The translations under genes and the position numbers were made by a program. Shown one piece after another: positions 36,799 to 46,952 of a stretch of DNA of 64,000 nucleotides (its first letter is position 1; every line of letters starts with the position of its first letter). Under the pieces are notes generated by a model. That model made no database searches and was not told where the DNA came from. It was given only the letters and a program-made list of their open reading frames with translations. The stretch covers positions 96,001 to 160,000 of the forward strand of contig JAZDCY010000014.1 of assembly GCA_036679645.1 (NCBI GenBank), written 5' to 3'. This DNA comes from Gemmatimonadota bacterium (GTDB taxonomy: Bacteria; Gemmatimonadota; Gemmatimonadetes; Gemmatimonadales; GWC2-71-9).

Positions 36799-38621
36799 TG
36801 CGCGAGTACCCGACGTTCGAGTACGACGTGCTGGTGATCGGCGCCGGTGGTGCCGGGTTGCGTGCGGCTATCGCCGCCTCCGCCAAAGGCGTCACGGTCG
36901 GCGTGATCTCCAAGTCACTGTTGGGGAAAGCACATACCGTCATGGCGGAAGGCGGTGTCGCAGCCGCATTGTCCAACGTGGACGACCGCGACAACTGGCG
37001 GGTCCACTTTGCCGACACGATGCGCGGTGGGCAGTACCTCAACAACTGGCGCATGGCCGAGCTGCATGCCAAGGAAGCGCCGGACCGTGTCCGCGAGCTG
37101 GAGGCCTGGGGCGCGCTCTTCGACCGCACGAAAGACGGGCGGATCCTGCAACGGAACTTCGGTGGCCACGCCTATCCGCGTCTGGCACATGTGGGCGATC
37201 GAACCGGTCTCGAGATGATCCGCACCCTGCAGGACCACGGGATTCACCAGGGGATGGAGGTGCATCCGGAGTGCATTGTCATCGCCCTCCTGAAGGATGG
37301 CGACCGTGTGGTTGGGGCACTCACATGTGAGCGCGAACGAGGGACGTTCAAGCTGTTCCATGCCAAGGCCGTGATCGTGGCCACCGGGGGTATGGGTCGA
37401 TCGTACAAGATCACGAGCAACGACTGGGATTCGACGGGTGACGGACAAGCACTCGCATACGACGCCGGCGCCGACCTCATCGACATGGAGTTCGTCCAGT
37501 TCCACCCGACCGGCATGGTCTGGCCCATGAGTGTGCGGGGTACGCTAGTCACAGAAGGTGTGCGGGGAGAGGGTGGTGTGCTCCGGAACAAGGACGGGCG
37601 GCGGTTCATGTTCGACGACATTCCGCCGCTCTACGCCCAGCAAATGGCGTCCGACGAGGAAGAGGGCTGGCGTTACACCCAGGGTGATCGGGATGCGCGC
37701 CGGCCACCCGAGCTGCTCACCCGAGATCACGTCGCGCGTTGCATTGTACGTGAGATCAAGGAAGGCCGCGGGAGCCCGCACGGCGGCGTTTTCCTCGATA
37801 TTTCTTGGATCAAGGAAAGGCTTCCGCACGCCGCGCAGCACATCAAGAACAAGCTCCCGAGCATGTACCATCAGTTCAAGCTCCTGGCGGACATCGACAT
37901 CACCGCGGAGCCCATGGAGGTGGGACCCACGACGCACTACATGATGGGCGGGGTGCGCGTCGATGCAGATACCCAGATGTCGACCGTGCCCGGACTCTTC
38001 GCGGCGGGTGAATGTGCTGCCGGCCTCCACGGGGCAAACCGGCTAGGGGGCAACTCGCTCTCCGATCTTCTCGTCTTCGGGAACCGGGCCGGCCATCACG
38101 CGGCGACCTACGCCAAGGAACACGCTGCGGGTCAGATCAACATGAGTCAGGTCGAGGCGGCGGAGCGTGCAGCGCTGGCGCCGCTGGACCAGCCTGCAAC
38201 CGGGGAGAACGCGGACGGGCCGTTCCAACTCCAAGCGGAGCTACAGGAGATCATGCAACGTCAGGTGGGCATCGTGCGCAACGAACACGACATGACGGAC
38301 GCGCTCGACCATATCGTGCGCATCAGGGAGAAGACGACACGGATGATGGTACAGGGAAGCCGCGCATATAATCCGGGCTGGCACACCGCGTTGGCCATGA
38401 AAAACCTCCTGACCCTGAGCGAGACCATCGCTCGCTCGGCGCTGGGTCGCCGCGAGAGTCGGGGAGCACATTTCCGTGAAGATCATCAGGACAAGGATCA
38501 GGACGCGGGCGCACGCAACACGGTGGTCCGCAGAACCGCCGACGGAAGCATGCATGTTGCGTCGGAGCAAATACCAGATATGCCTGATGAACTCAGGGCG
38601 ATCATCGAGGAGATGCAATGA
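36798..38621 (+). CDS. sdhA: Succinate dehydrogenase / fumarate reductase flavoprotein subunit
   Basis: GAGGAG, KAHTVMAEGG, QFHPTG, HYMMGG, HGANRLGGNSL and RRESRGAHFR motifs. Confidence 0.93.
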   Translation: MREYPTFEYDVLVIGAGGAGLRAAIAASAKGVTVGVISKSLLGKAHTVMAEGGVAAALSNVDDRDNWRVHFADTMRGGQYLNNWRMAELHAKEAPDRVRELEAWGALFDRTKDGRILQRNFGGHAYPRLAHVGDRTGLEMIRTLQDHGIHQGMEVHPECIVIALLKDGDRVVGALTCERERGTFKLFHAKAVIVATGGMGRSYKITSNDWDSTGDGQALAYDAGADLIDMEFVQFHPTGMVWPMSVRGTLVTEGVRGEGGVLRNKDGRRFMFDDIPPLYAQQMASDEEEGWRYTQGDRDARRPPELLTRDHVARCIVREIKEGRGSPHGGVFLDISWIKERLPHAAQHIKNKLPSMYHQFKLLADIDITAEPMEVGPTTHYMMGGVRVDADTQMSTVPGLFAAGECAAGLHGANRLGGNSLSDLLVFGNRAGHHAATYAKEHAAGQINMSQVEAAERAALAPLDQPATGENADGPFQLQAELQEIMQRQVGIVRNEHDMTDALDHIVRIREKTTRMMVQGSRAYNPGWHTALAMKNLLTLSETIARSALGRRESRGAHFREDHQDKDQDAGARNTVVRRTADGSMHVASEQIPDMPDELRAIIEEMQ

Positions 38622-39379
38622 CGTCGGCCACCTTCAAGATCTGGCGCGGTGACGACAACGGTGGCCAGTACCAGTACTACACGACCGACATCTCGGACGC
38701 GACCGTCGTGCTCGACGCCGTCACACAGATCCAACACGAGCACGCGAACGACCTCGCCGTCAGGTGGAACTGCAAAGCTGGGAAGTGCGGCTCGTGCTCG
38801 GCCGAGGTCAACGGTATGCCCCGCCTGATGTGCATGGCGCGTCTCGATTCTCTCCCGCTCGACAAGCCCATCGTCGTCGAGCCGCTCAAGTCGTTCCCAA
38901 TCATGAAAGATTTAGTCACAGACGTGTCGTGGAACTACGAGGTGAAGAAGCGGATCAAGCCGTTCAAACCGCGCGAGCCAGATCACCCCGATGGAACGTG
39001 GAGGATGAGCCAAACGGACGCGGACCGCGTGAAAGAGTTCCGCAAGTGCATCGAGTGTTTTCTATGTCAGGATGTCTGTCACGTCCTGCGCAACCACCAG
39101 AAGCACGACGAGTTCATCGGTCCACGGTTTTTGGTCTACACGGCGGCCCTCGAGATGCATCCGCTCGACATCGAAGACCGGACCTCGGAGCTGAAGGAGC
39201 TCCACGGAATTGGCTACTGCAATATCACGAAATGTTGCACCAAGGTCTGTCCGGAGGACATCACGATCACGGACAATGCTATCATTCCCCTGAAGGAACG
39301 AGTCGTGGATGAAGCGTACGACCCGCTACGAGCCCTCGCGCGTCTCGTAACGGGGAGTGGGAAACGCGAGGCGTCGTAG
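38618..39379 (+). CDS. sdhB: Succinate dehydrogenase Fe-S subunit
   Basis: CKAGKCGSC, CIECFLCQDVC and CNITKCCTKVCP. Confidence 0.93.
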   Translation: MTSATFKIWRGDDNGGQYQYYTTDISDATVVLDAVTQIQHEHANDLAVRWNCKAGKCGSCSAEVNGMPRLMCMARLDSLPLDKPIVVEPLKSFPIMKDLVTDVSWNYEVKKRIKPFKPREPDHPDGTWRMSQTDADRVKEFRKCIECFLCQDVCHVLRNHQKHDEFIGPRFLVYTAALEMHPLDIEDRTSELKELHGIGYCNITKCCTKVCPEDITITDNAIIPLKERVVDEAYDPLRALARLVTGSGKREAS

Positions 39380-39390
39380 GAGGCCCAGGC

Positions 39391-39891
39391 ATGTTCGAGC
39401 TCAAGAAGCTGTCCCCGGATGGCGTAGCAGCCGCCCTCGACAAGGCACACCGGTACCGGCTCCTGAACGAGCCGTGGGAGGCCTCGAGTATCTGCCGCGA
39501 TGTGCTGGGGGTCGACCCGAACAATCAGCGCGCTATCGTCATGTTGCTCCTCGCAACAACAGACCGCCTTGCCAACGCCAGCGGCGGCGAGGTAGCTGCC
39601 GCGCGCGAACTGCTGGAAAAACTCGAGACCGAGTACGACCGGCAGTACTATGGCGGCATCATCGCTGAGCGACGCGGGAAGGCTATCCTCAACCGGGCGG
39701 CCCCCGGTCACGGACCAATCGTCTACGATTGGCTACACGACGCCATGGAGCACTATGCCAAGGCGGAGGAACTCAGTCCGTCAGGCAACGACGACGCCAT
39801 CTTGCGCTGGAACACGTGCGCCCGCTTGATCGAACACCACCGTGACGTACGCCCGCTCCCCGACGAGCCGGTCGACACGATGCTCGAGTAG
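39391..39891 (+). CDS. Helical (TPR-like) hypothetical protein downstream of sdh
   Basis: GGAGG RBS; AHRYRLLNEP...ICRDVL...AILRWNTCAR. Confidence 0.7.
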   Translation: MFELKKLSPDGVAAALDKAHRYRLLNEPWEASSICRDVLGVDPNNQRAIVMLLLATTDRLANASGGEVAAARELLEKLETEYDRQYYGGIIAERRGKAILNRAAPGHGPIVYDWLHDAMEHYAKAEELSPSGNDDAILRWNTCARLIEHHRDVRPLPDEPVDTMLE

Positions 39892-39912
39892 GCGGTGCGC
39901 CGAGCCGAAGCT

Positions 39913-40878
39913 TCAGCCCCCCGCCGGCAGCCCCGCGAGCCCGATCAGCCCAGGGTTCCGGTGTGTGATGACGTAGGTCGGGATCGCCGACAAATAATCG
40001 GAAAAGCGTCCCTTCGATTGAAATCGTCCGCGGAACGGCGACCGAGCGAACAACGGCCCCAACTTCGGGACGATCCCGCCGGCAATGTACAGGCCACCGC
40101 GGGCACCGAGCGTGAGCGCGAGATCGGCCGCAACGGTCCCCAGCATTGCGCAAAAGGTGTTCACCGTACTCCGGCATCGCGCACAAGTACCCGCAACCGC
40201 GCGACTCGTGATCGTTGATGCAGCCAGCGGGCGGACGCGCTCTCCCTCCACGGCGGCAACCGCCTCGTACAGCAGCGACAGACCTGGGCCGGACAGCAGT
40301 CGCTCGGCGGACACGTGCTGGCGCCGCCGCCAGACGTACTCGACGATCATCGCCTCGAGCCGGTCGAACGGCGCGAGCGTCACCTTGCCTCCCTCGGATG
40401 CGAGCGGCACGTAGCGACCACCGCACGGAACCAGCCCCGACACGCCGAGCCCCGTGCCCGGACCCACGACCCCAATCGCTTCGTTCGCTAGGGCACGCCC
40501 GCCACCCACCTTGCGACGCCCGTCGCGTCCGACGGCCGGAACACCGAGGGCAATCGCCGTGAAGTCGTTGATGATGTCGAGTCGAGTAAGAGCGAAGCGT
40601 CGCCGCAGCGCCGAAATCGAGAAACGCCAGGGGCCATTCGTCAGGCGCACGCGATCGCCCTCGATCGGTGCGGCGACGGCAAAAGCGCCGAGGACCGGCT
40701 GGGAGGGGATGGCCACGCGGTCGAGGTACGTCGCGATCGCACGCTCCAGCGACGTGAAATCGGCGACCCGCAGGTTACGCACGCGGGTCGGCGGACCTCC
40801 ACCTTGCTGCACGGCGAACCGCACGTTCGTACCGCCGATGTCGGCAAGCAAACGCGTGGGCCCTCGACCGGCAGTCAC
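39913..40878 (-). CDS. glk: Glucokinase
   Basis: ADIGGTNVRFA, INDFTA, GPGTGLG, SAERLLSGPG and GGLYIAGGI motifs. Confidence 0.92.
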   Translation of the reverse strand: MTAGRGPTRLLADIGGTNVRFAVQQGGGPPTRVRNLRVADFTSLERAIATYLDRVAIPSQPVLGAFAVAAPIEGDRVRLTNGPWRFSISALRRRFALTRLDIINDFTAIALGVPAVGRDGRRKVGGGRALANEAIGVVGPGTGLGVSGLVPCGGRYVPLASEGGKVTLAPFDRLEAMIVEYVWRRRQHVSAERLLSGPGLSLLYEAVAAVEGERVRPLAASTITSRAVAGTCARCRSTVNTFCAMLGTVAADLALTLGARGGLYIAGGIVPKLGPLFARSPFRGRFQSKGRFSDYLSAIPTYVITHRNPGLIGLAGLPAGG

Positions 40879-41642
40879 GTAGCCTCGAGAGCTACAACGA
40901 CCGCGTCGAGCCATCGATGCACCTCGGTCACGGACTCCAGACTGTATTTGGCGCAGGTCGCCGCCGTCGCGCCAACGCGAATCGATAACCCTTTCATGCG
41001 GTTTGCGGCTGCGAACGCGGTCTCGTCGGTGAGATCGTCCCCTACGTATACCGGCAGTCGGCGCTGAAACCGCTCCCGCGCGACGATGCGTTCCACGGCG
41101 GTGCCCTTGTTTGCCAGCGCCGGCTTGATCTCGACCACCATCTTCCCTTTCTGGATCTCGACCGCATCTCCGAGATCCTCGGCTAGCCCGCGCAGGAGCC
41201 GTACCACGGCCGGGCCGTGGTCGGGGGCCTGCCGGTAGTGCACCGCGAGGGTCGGCCCTTTGTCCTCGACGAACGTGCCCGGAGCCTGCTCGACGAACGC
41301 GCGGATCGCCACGCGAGCCGCCGAGAGATCGACTCCACCGCTGGACCGATGGACCGCCCCGTCTGCGTCACGGCTCTCGAGCCCGTGGATGCCGGCGATC
41401 GCGAACTGATAGGGAGCGAGCAGCGCATCTACCTCGCGGATGGGCCGACCCGAAACCAGCGCGAAGGCCCCGCCTAGCGCGTCGTCGAGTCGCCGGAGCA
41501 GCGCTGGGACGTGGGCGGCGACGACCACACTGGAAGGCGTCTCGGCAATCTCGAGGAGTGTGCCGTCGACGTCGAGCATGAGCCCCCAGTCGGCGGACGC
41601 CGGTGGGATACCTGGACCCGGCTGCTGGGAGCGATCAGCCAC
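40875..41642 (-). CDS. otsB: Trehalose-6-phosphate phosphatase
   Basis: LDVDGTL, SGR, EDKG, HYRQAP, NKG and GDDLTDE motifs. Confidence 0.92.
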   Translation of the reverse strand: MADRSQQPGPGIPPASADWGLMLDVDGTLLEIAETPSSVVVAAHVPALLRRLDDALGGAFALVSGRPIREVDALLAPYQFAIAGIHGLESRDADGAVHRSSGGVDLSAARVAIRAFVEQAPGTFVEDKGPTLAVHYRQAPDHGPAVVRLLRGLAEDLGDAVEIQKGKMVVEIKPALANKGTAVERIVARERFQRRLPVYVGDDLTDETAFAAANRMKGLSIRVGATAATCAKYSLESVTEVHRWLDAVVVALEAT

Positions 41643-41751
41643 GTGGTCGTCCGGCGAACGGGGGAAAATGCGAAGGACGGATGCGGGTTGTATAGGGCAA
41701 AGGTCCACCTAATATAGCGGACGAGTGTACTACTCATAGTCACACAACCAC

Positions 41752-43233
41752 ATGGGAGGACGATTGGCATTTCGTGTCGAGATCCCTGACACCCCAAGTC
41801 TGAGCGACTATGCCTCGGTCGCGCACCTCGTAGCTCCGGTACGCGCGTTGCAGGAGGAGGCGGCGGCGGTCGTACCGAAGCTCGAGGGGCGGACGATCTG
41901 GATGGTGAACTCCACTGCCCAGGGCGGTGGAGTCGCCGAGATGCTGCCGACCATGGTCTCCCTGCTCCGGGACCTTGGCATCCCAACTGAATGGGCGGTC
42001 ATCGAGTCGGACAAGGCCGAGTTCTTTGCCCTCACGAAGCAGATCCACAACCTGATACACGGCGAGGGCACGCCGGAGTTGGGTCCAGAGCAGCGCGAGC
42101 TGTTCGACCACGTCAACGCCGAGAACGCCTCGTTCCTGCGGTCGCAGCTGAAACCGGGCGACATCCTGATCGTGCACGACCCGCAGCCGATGCCGCTCGC
42201 CTCCGTCCTCAAGGACGAGCTGGATCTCCGCACGATTTGGCGATGCCATATTGGGCTGGATCAGGCATCACCCGCAGGTAATGCCGCCTGGAAGTTCCTG
42301 ATGCCTTACGCCGCCGCCTACGAGTGCGCCATCTTCTCGGCGCCCGAGTACATCCCGGGGATGTTGTCGGACCGGGCACACGTCATCTTCCCCGGCATCA
42401 ACCCGATCACCGAGAAGAACCGAGAGCTGGGCCTCCACAAGACCGTCGGTGTGCTGGCGAACTCCGGCCTCGCCGTGGCGCCCGGCCCGCTGGTCACGCC
42501 GCCTTACGCGCAACGCGCGCAGCGACTTGGCGGAGACGGAGCGTTCCATCCGGCAAACGTCAACGGCGATTTCGGCCTGTTCACGCGGCCCATCGTAACC
42601 CAGGTCTCCCGCTGGGATCGGTTGAAGGGGTTCGAGCCCTTGCTGCGGGCCTTTGCGGCATTCAAGACCCGGATACTCGATGGCGGAGGGTCGAGCGATC
42701 CGTTGCACGGCGCGCGGCAGCAACTCGTGCGCATGGTGCTCGCCGGCCCCGACCCGTCCTCGATCCAGGACGATCCCGAAGGGCAGGACGTGTTGACGGA
42801 GCTGAAGAATGTCTATTGCGCTCTCGAGCCCAGTATTCAGGAGTGCATCGCGTTCGTCGCCCTGCCGATGGAATCGGCACAGGAGAACGCACTGATGGTC
42901 AACGCGCTCCAGCGGGCGTCTACGATCGTCGTGCAGAACTCCTTACGAGAGGGATTCGGCCTCACGGTTACGGAAGCAATGTGGAAACGGATCCCAATCC
43001 TCACCAACGATCAGGCATGCGGTCCCCGTCATCAGGTGCGTGACACGATTGACGGGCGGCTGGTCCACGATCCAACGGATACCGAGAGTCTCGCCGCGAC
43101 ACTCGACGCCATGCTCGCCGACGCGGATGAGCGCAACCGTTGGGGCCGCAACGCGCAGCGCCACGTCCACGAGCGCTTCTTGATCTTCAGTCAACTGCGA
43201 GAGTGGATGCGCATCTTCGCGCAGATGTTCTGA
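41752..43233 (+). CDS. treT: TreT-like trehalose glycosyltransferring synthase (GT4)
   Basis: NSTAQGGGVAEML, HDPQP, WRCHI, QVSRWDRLKG and QNSLREGFGLTVTEAMWK motifs. Confidence 0.85.
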   Translation: MGGRLAFRVEIPDTPSLSDYASVAHLVAPVRALQEEAAAVVPKLEGRTIWMVNSTAQGGGVAEMLPTMVSLLRDLGIPTEWAVIESDKAEFFALTKQIHNLIHGEGTPELGPEQRELFDHVNAENASFLRSQLKPGDILIVHDPQPMPLASVLKDELDLRTIWRCHIGLDQASPAGNAAWKFLMPYAAAYECAIFSAPEYIPGMLSDRAHVIFPGINPITEKNRELGLHKTVGVLANSGLAVAPGPLVTPPYAQRAQRLGGDGAFHPANVNGDFGLFTRPIVTQVSRWDRLKGFEPLLRAFAAFKTRILDGGGSSDPLHGARQQLVRMVLAGPDPSSIQDDPEGQDVLTELKNVYCALEPSIQECIAFVALPMESAQENALMVNALQRASTIVVQNSLREGFGLTVTEAMWKRIPILTNDQACGPRHQVRDTIDGRLVHDPTDTESLAATLDAMLADADERNRWGRNAQRHVHERFLIFSQLREWMRIFAQMF

Positions 43234-43327
43234 GCGGACGTCGCCGGAGACCAACGGGTTATCTTTCCTGGCGTTGCACGGGCGCGGCTCCCCGCTGCGC
43301 CAGATCTCCTGGAGAGATGACGGCTCG

Positions 43328-44680
43328 ATGAAGCGGCAACTCGCTCTGGTCATGGTCGCCAACACGCTGCCCGTGCGCCGGGTGAAACGGCGCGGGAAGG
43401 TCGTGTGGGACCAGAGCCCCGGCGGACTCGTGAGCGCGCTCGCCCCCATCACCCGCGAAGCAGGGGGCGGTTGGGTCGGATGGACCGGCGAGCGTGGTGG
43501 CGACACACCGCCGTTCGAGCTTGGCGGGATTCTGAACATCCCCGTGCCGATCTCGTCGGAGGACGTAGCCATGTTCTACGAAGGCGTGTGTAACCGCACG
43601 CTGTGGCCGCTTTATCACGACGCCGTCCGACAACCCGAGTATCACCGGCATTGGTGGCGGCGTTACGTCGAGGTCAATGAGCGGTTCGCCGAGCGCGCGG
43701 CGGGCATCGCGGCACCGGGCGCAACCGTCTGGGTGCACGACTATCACCTGCAACTCGTTCCCGCCATGCTGCGAGACCGGCGGCCGGATCTCCGGATCGG
43801 GTTTTTTCTCCACATCCCCTTCCCGCCAGAAGAGCTATTTGTCCGCCTCCCGTGGCGCCGGAGTATCGTCGAGGGCATACTCGGCGCCGACGTCGTTGGG
43901 CTGCAAACCAAATTGGGCGCGCGGAACTTCACCCGGCTTGCACAACGGTACTCCGATGGACGTGGCCGGGATGGGCACGTGCACGTTGCAGGACGAGCCG
44001 TGACCGTGGAGCGCTACAAGGATGCGGCCGCCGATCCCGCGACCGAACGGCGCGCCGCACAGCTGCGCTCTCGACTCGGTGGGGGCCGCAAGGTGCTCCT
44101 CGGTGTCGATCGGCTCGACTACACCAAAGGCATCGACCTGCGGCTCAAGGCCTTCGACCAGCTGCTTGCGGGAGACGCTGGTCCGCACAGCGCTGTGCTG
44201 GTGCAAGTTGCCGTGCCGAGTCGCGAGCGAATTGAGGAGTACAAGGAGCTGCGGCGTCACGTCGAGGAGCTGGTTGGGCAGATCAACGGGGAATACGGTG
44301 AGATTGGCGTGGCTGCGGTGCACTACCTGAGGCGGAACCTCCCGTTCGAGGAACTCGTGAGCATGTACCGCGCGGCGGACGTCATGATCGTGACCCCCTT
44401 CGCCGATGGCATGAACCTCGTCGCTAAGGAGTACGTGGCCTCTCGGGTCGAGAATACGGGCGTGCTGATCCTGAGCGAGTTCGCCGGCGCGGCCGCGGAA
44501 CTCAAGAAGGCCCTCCTCGTAAACCCGCACGACGTGGACGGGATGACCGAAGGGATGGCACGTGCGTTGGACATGCCTCTGGCCGAGCAATCCCAGCGGA
44601 TGCGCGCAATGCGGCTCGTGCTGGACCGGCACACGGTCCACGATTGGGCAGCCGATTTCATGCAGGCACTCGAGAAGTAG
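43328..44680 (+). CDS. otsA: Trehalose-6-phosphate synthase (GT20), with an apparent internal deletion
   Basis: SPGGLV, LWPLYH, HDYHL, FLHIPFP, VDRLDYTKG, DGMNLVAKEY and LSEFAGAA motifs; the FP.sID segment is missing. Confidence 0.88.
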   Translation: MKRQLALVMVANTLPVRRVKRRGKVVWDQSPGGLVSALAPITREAGGGWVGWTGERGGDTPPFELGGILNIPVPISSEDVAMFYEGVCNRTLWPLYHDAVRQPEYHRHWWRRYVEVNERFAERAAGIAAPGATVWVHDYHLQLVPAMLRDRRPDLRIGFFLHIPFPPEELFVRLPWRRSIVEGILGADVVGLQTKLGARNFTRLAQRYSDGRGRDGHVHVAGRAVTVERYKDAAADPATERRAAQLRSRLGGGRKVLLGVDRLDYTKGIDLRLKAFDQLLAGDAGPHSAVLVQVAVPSRERIEEYKELRRHVEELVGQINGEYGEIGVAAVHYLRRNLPFEELVSMYRAADVMIVTPFADGMNLVAKEYVASRVENTGVLILSEFAGAAAELKKALLVNPHDVDGMTEGMARALDMPLAEQSQRMRAMRLVLDRHTVHDWAADFMQALEK

Positions 44681-44703
44681 CTGTTCTGGCGGTCGCCTGG
44701 TGT

Positions 44704-45711
44704 TCAGTGCACGAAGATATTCTTCGGGATCATGGCGTGCACCCCTACATATCCATCGACCAGTTGGGTGATGCGGAGGTCGGCCGCCACACTGGCCAGC
44801 GCGTATGCGGTGGCCCGGTCGAGTTGGCGGTACTCCATGAGGAACTCGATCGTCTGTTCGACCGCAATACGAGTAGCGACCGTGAGATCCTCGTCCGTGC
44901 CCATCGTAATGAAATGCGTCGGCGTCTCGGCGCGAGGCCAGGTGAGGTGCATGTCCTTGCGGACTATCAACTGGAGTCGCCCGTTGAGAGAAGTCTCGAT
45001 AGCCGTTTGATCGACCTCGCCGTCACCCTGTGCCGCGTGCCCGTCGCCCACCAGGAACAGCGCACCCGGCACGTGCACCGGAATGAAGAGCGTTGTACCC
45101 GCCACCAGCTCCTGGTTGTCCAGATTGCCGGCGTGGATCCACGGCGGGTTGCTGCTCCAACGCCCGGCACTTGGTGGGGGAGCCACACCCATGCTCCCAA
45201 AGAACGGCGCAAGCGGTATCACGATACCCGGCACGAACTCCGCGGTCATCTGTTCGCGATCCAGGCGAATGATCCGCGTACCTGACTCTCCGCAATGCTC
45301 GGGCACGAAGCCGCGGCACCCATTGTAGCCGTAAGGAGTTGCGATATCGACCGAGAGCACGCGGACCTCCAGGACATCGCCGGGCTCAGCGCCCTCGACG
45401 TAGACGGGACCGGTGAGGATGTGCCCGCCGGGGCCCCGATCGGTGACCTGATCAACGATGTCCCGCAGTGACTGTTGCACTTCCTCCGGCGGGACGCCCG
45501 CTCGCTCCAAACGAGCCGGCCGGTTGGTGATCATCGTTTCCACCTCGACGATGTCGCCGGAGGCAATCCGCAAGACCGGCGGCGCTTCGGCCCAGTAGTA
45601 GCCCCACGCGACCGTCGCGGGCGTGGCGGGGAGCTGATGGACCTGTTGCGCGAAGGCAGGAACACCTGCCCAGCAGGTGGTGACTACAAGAGTTACAAGA
45701 AGTCTCTGCAC
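44704..45711 (-). CDS. Secreted acetamidase/formamidase family protein
   Basis: GHILTGPVYVEGAEPGD, PFFGSMGVAP, GNLDN and GDGHAAQGDGEV motifs. Confidence 0.92.
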   Translation of the reverse strand: MQRLLVTLVVTTCWAGVPAFAQQVHQLPATPATVAWGYYWAEAPPVLRIASGDIVEVETMITNRPARLERAGVPPEEVQQSLRDIVDQVTDRGPGGHILTGPVYVEGAEPGDVLEVRVLSVDIATPYGYNGCRGFVPEHCGESGTRIIRLDREQMTAEFVPGIVIPLAPFFGSMGVAPPPSAGRWSSNPPWIHAGNLDNQELVAGTTLFIPVHVPGALFLVGDGHAAQGDGEVDQTAIETSLNGRLQLIVRKDMHLTWPRAETPTHFITMGTDEDLTVATRIAVEQTIEFLMEYRQLDRATAYALASVAADLRITQLVDGYVGVHAMIPKNIFVH

Positions 45712-45787
45712 GTGTGGCTCCGCGGTGGATGGGGCGACCTAAGATGGGGCCTGTGGAGCAGTGTGGCCAGTTACTGCTCGGCACGAA

Positions 45788-45829
45788 CGATCGGCGATTG
45801 CCGATCGGCAATTTGCGATTTGCAAATGG
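45788..45829. repeat. Six degenerate 7-bp tandem repeats
   Basis: cgatcgg cgattgc cgatcgg caatttg cgatttg caaatgg. Confidence 0.6.
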
Positions 45830-45925
45830 CCTAGCGTTCACTCACCCCAGGCTAGGCCTTGATCGCACTGTGCGCTATGTTCGGTGCTCTCACGTATCGC
45901 TAGAACCCTGACGGGCGGAGACCCC

Positions 45926-46912
45926 ATGAGTGGCAACGACGGACAATCCGAGCTCACTCTGACACGCGAAGATTTCGAGCGCGCGCGCGCAGTGGTAGCG
46001 CCGTCGGTGTATCACACGCCTCTCCTGACTTCCCGCTCGCTGAGCGAGGCCACCGGTTTCGACGTGCGTCTGAAGGCCGAGCTATTCCAGCGTGGCGGGT
46101 CGTACAAGGTCCGTGGACCTACGAACAAGATCTCGAAACTCAGCGATGACGAACGTGCACGGGGCGTTATCTGTTCGTCCGCCGGCAACCACTCACAGGG
46201 TGTCGCCATCGCGGCGCGACAATACGGCGTCAAGGCAGTCGTCGTCATGGCGGAGAACGCGACGCCGTCAAAGATCGCCGCGACCAAGGGATACGGCGCA
46301 GAAGTCATCTTGCACGGGAGCATATGGGATGAAGCCAATGAGAAGGCGCTCGAGTTGGTGGAAGAGCGTGGCCTCACCTACATCCACCCGTTTGACGATC
46401 CCGATCTCATTGCGGGCCAGGGCACCGTGGGGCTGGAGATTCTCGACGACTTTCCCGATGTCGAACTCATCGTGGTCCCGATCGGCGGTGGCGGACTGAT
46501 ATCCGGGATCTCCATGGCGGCCAAGAGTATCCGGCCCGACATTCGCATCGTCGGGGTGGAGTCGTCCGGTGCGCCCGCTATGAAACGCAGCGTTGAGGCT
46601 GGGGAACGGATCACGTTGGACCGAGTGGATTGTGTGATCGACGGACTACGAGTTCAGCGTGTCGGCGTGCACACACACTCCGTGGTCTCGCGTTTCGTCG
46701 ACGAGATCGTCACCCTTCCTGATGAGCAGATCTTCGACGCCGTGCTATGGCTCATGACGCGCGCCAAGCTGGTCCCCGAAGGCGCGGCGGCCGCTCCCGT
46801 CGGCGCGCTGCTCCAGGGTCTTATCGACGCGCCGCCCGGTACCAAAGTCGTGAGCGTCGTGAGCGGCGGGAACCTGGATGTCGAACAGCTCCGGGGTCTG
46901 AGCTGGAACTGA
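45926..46912 (+). CDS. Second PLP-dependent threonine/serine dehydratase-family enzyme
   Basis: KAELFQRGGSYKVRG, SAGNHSQG, HPFDD, GQGT, GGGGL and SGGN motifs. Confidence 0.92.
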   Translation: MSGNDGQSELTLTREDFERARAVVAPSVYHTPLLTSRSLSEATGFDVRLKAELFQRGGSYKVRGPTNKISKLSDDERARGVICSSAGNHSQGVAIAARQYGVKAVVVMAENATPSKIAATKGYGAEVILHGSIWDEANEKALELVEERGLTYIHPFDDPDLIAGQGTVGLEILDDFPDVELIVVPIGGGGLISGISMAAKSIRPDIRIVGVESSGAPAMKRSVEAGERITLDRVDCVIDGLRVQRVGVHTHSVVSRFVDEIVTLPDEQIFDAVLWLMTRAKLVPEGAAAAPVGALLQGLIDAPPGTKVVSVVSGGNLDVEQLRGLSWN

Positions 46913-46952
46913 ACGGGTGGGAACTATCGCAGCTTCTTCACCGACCGGCGGA

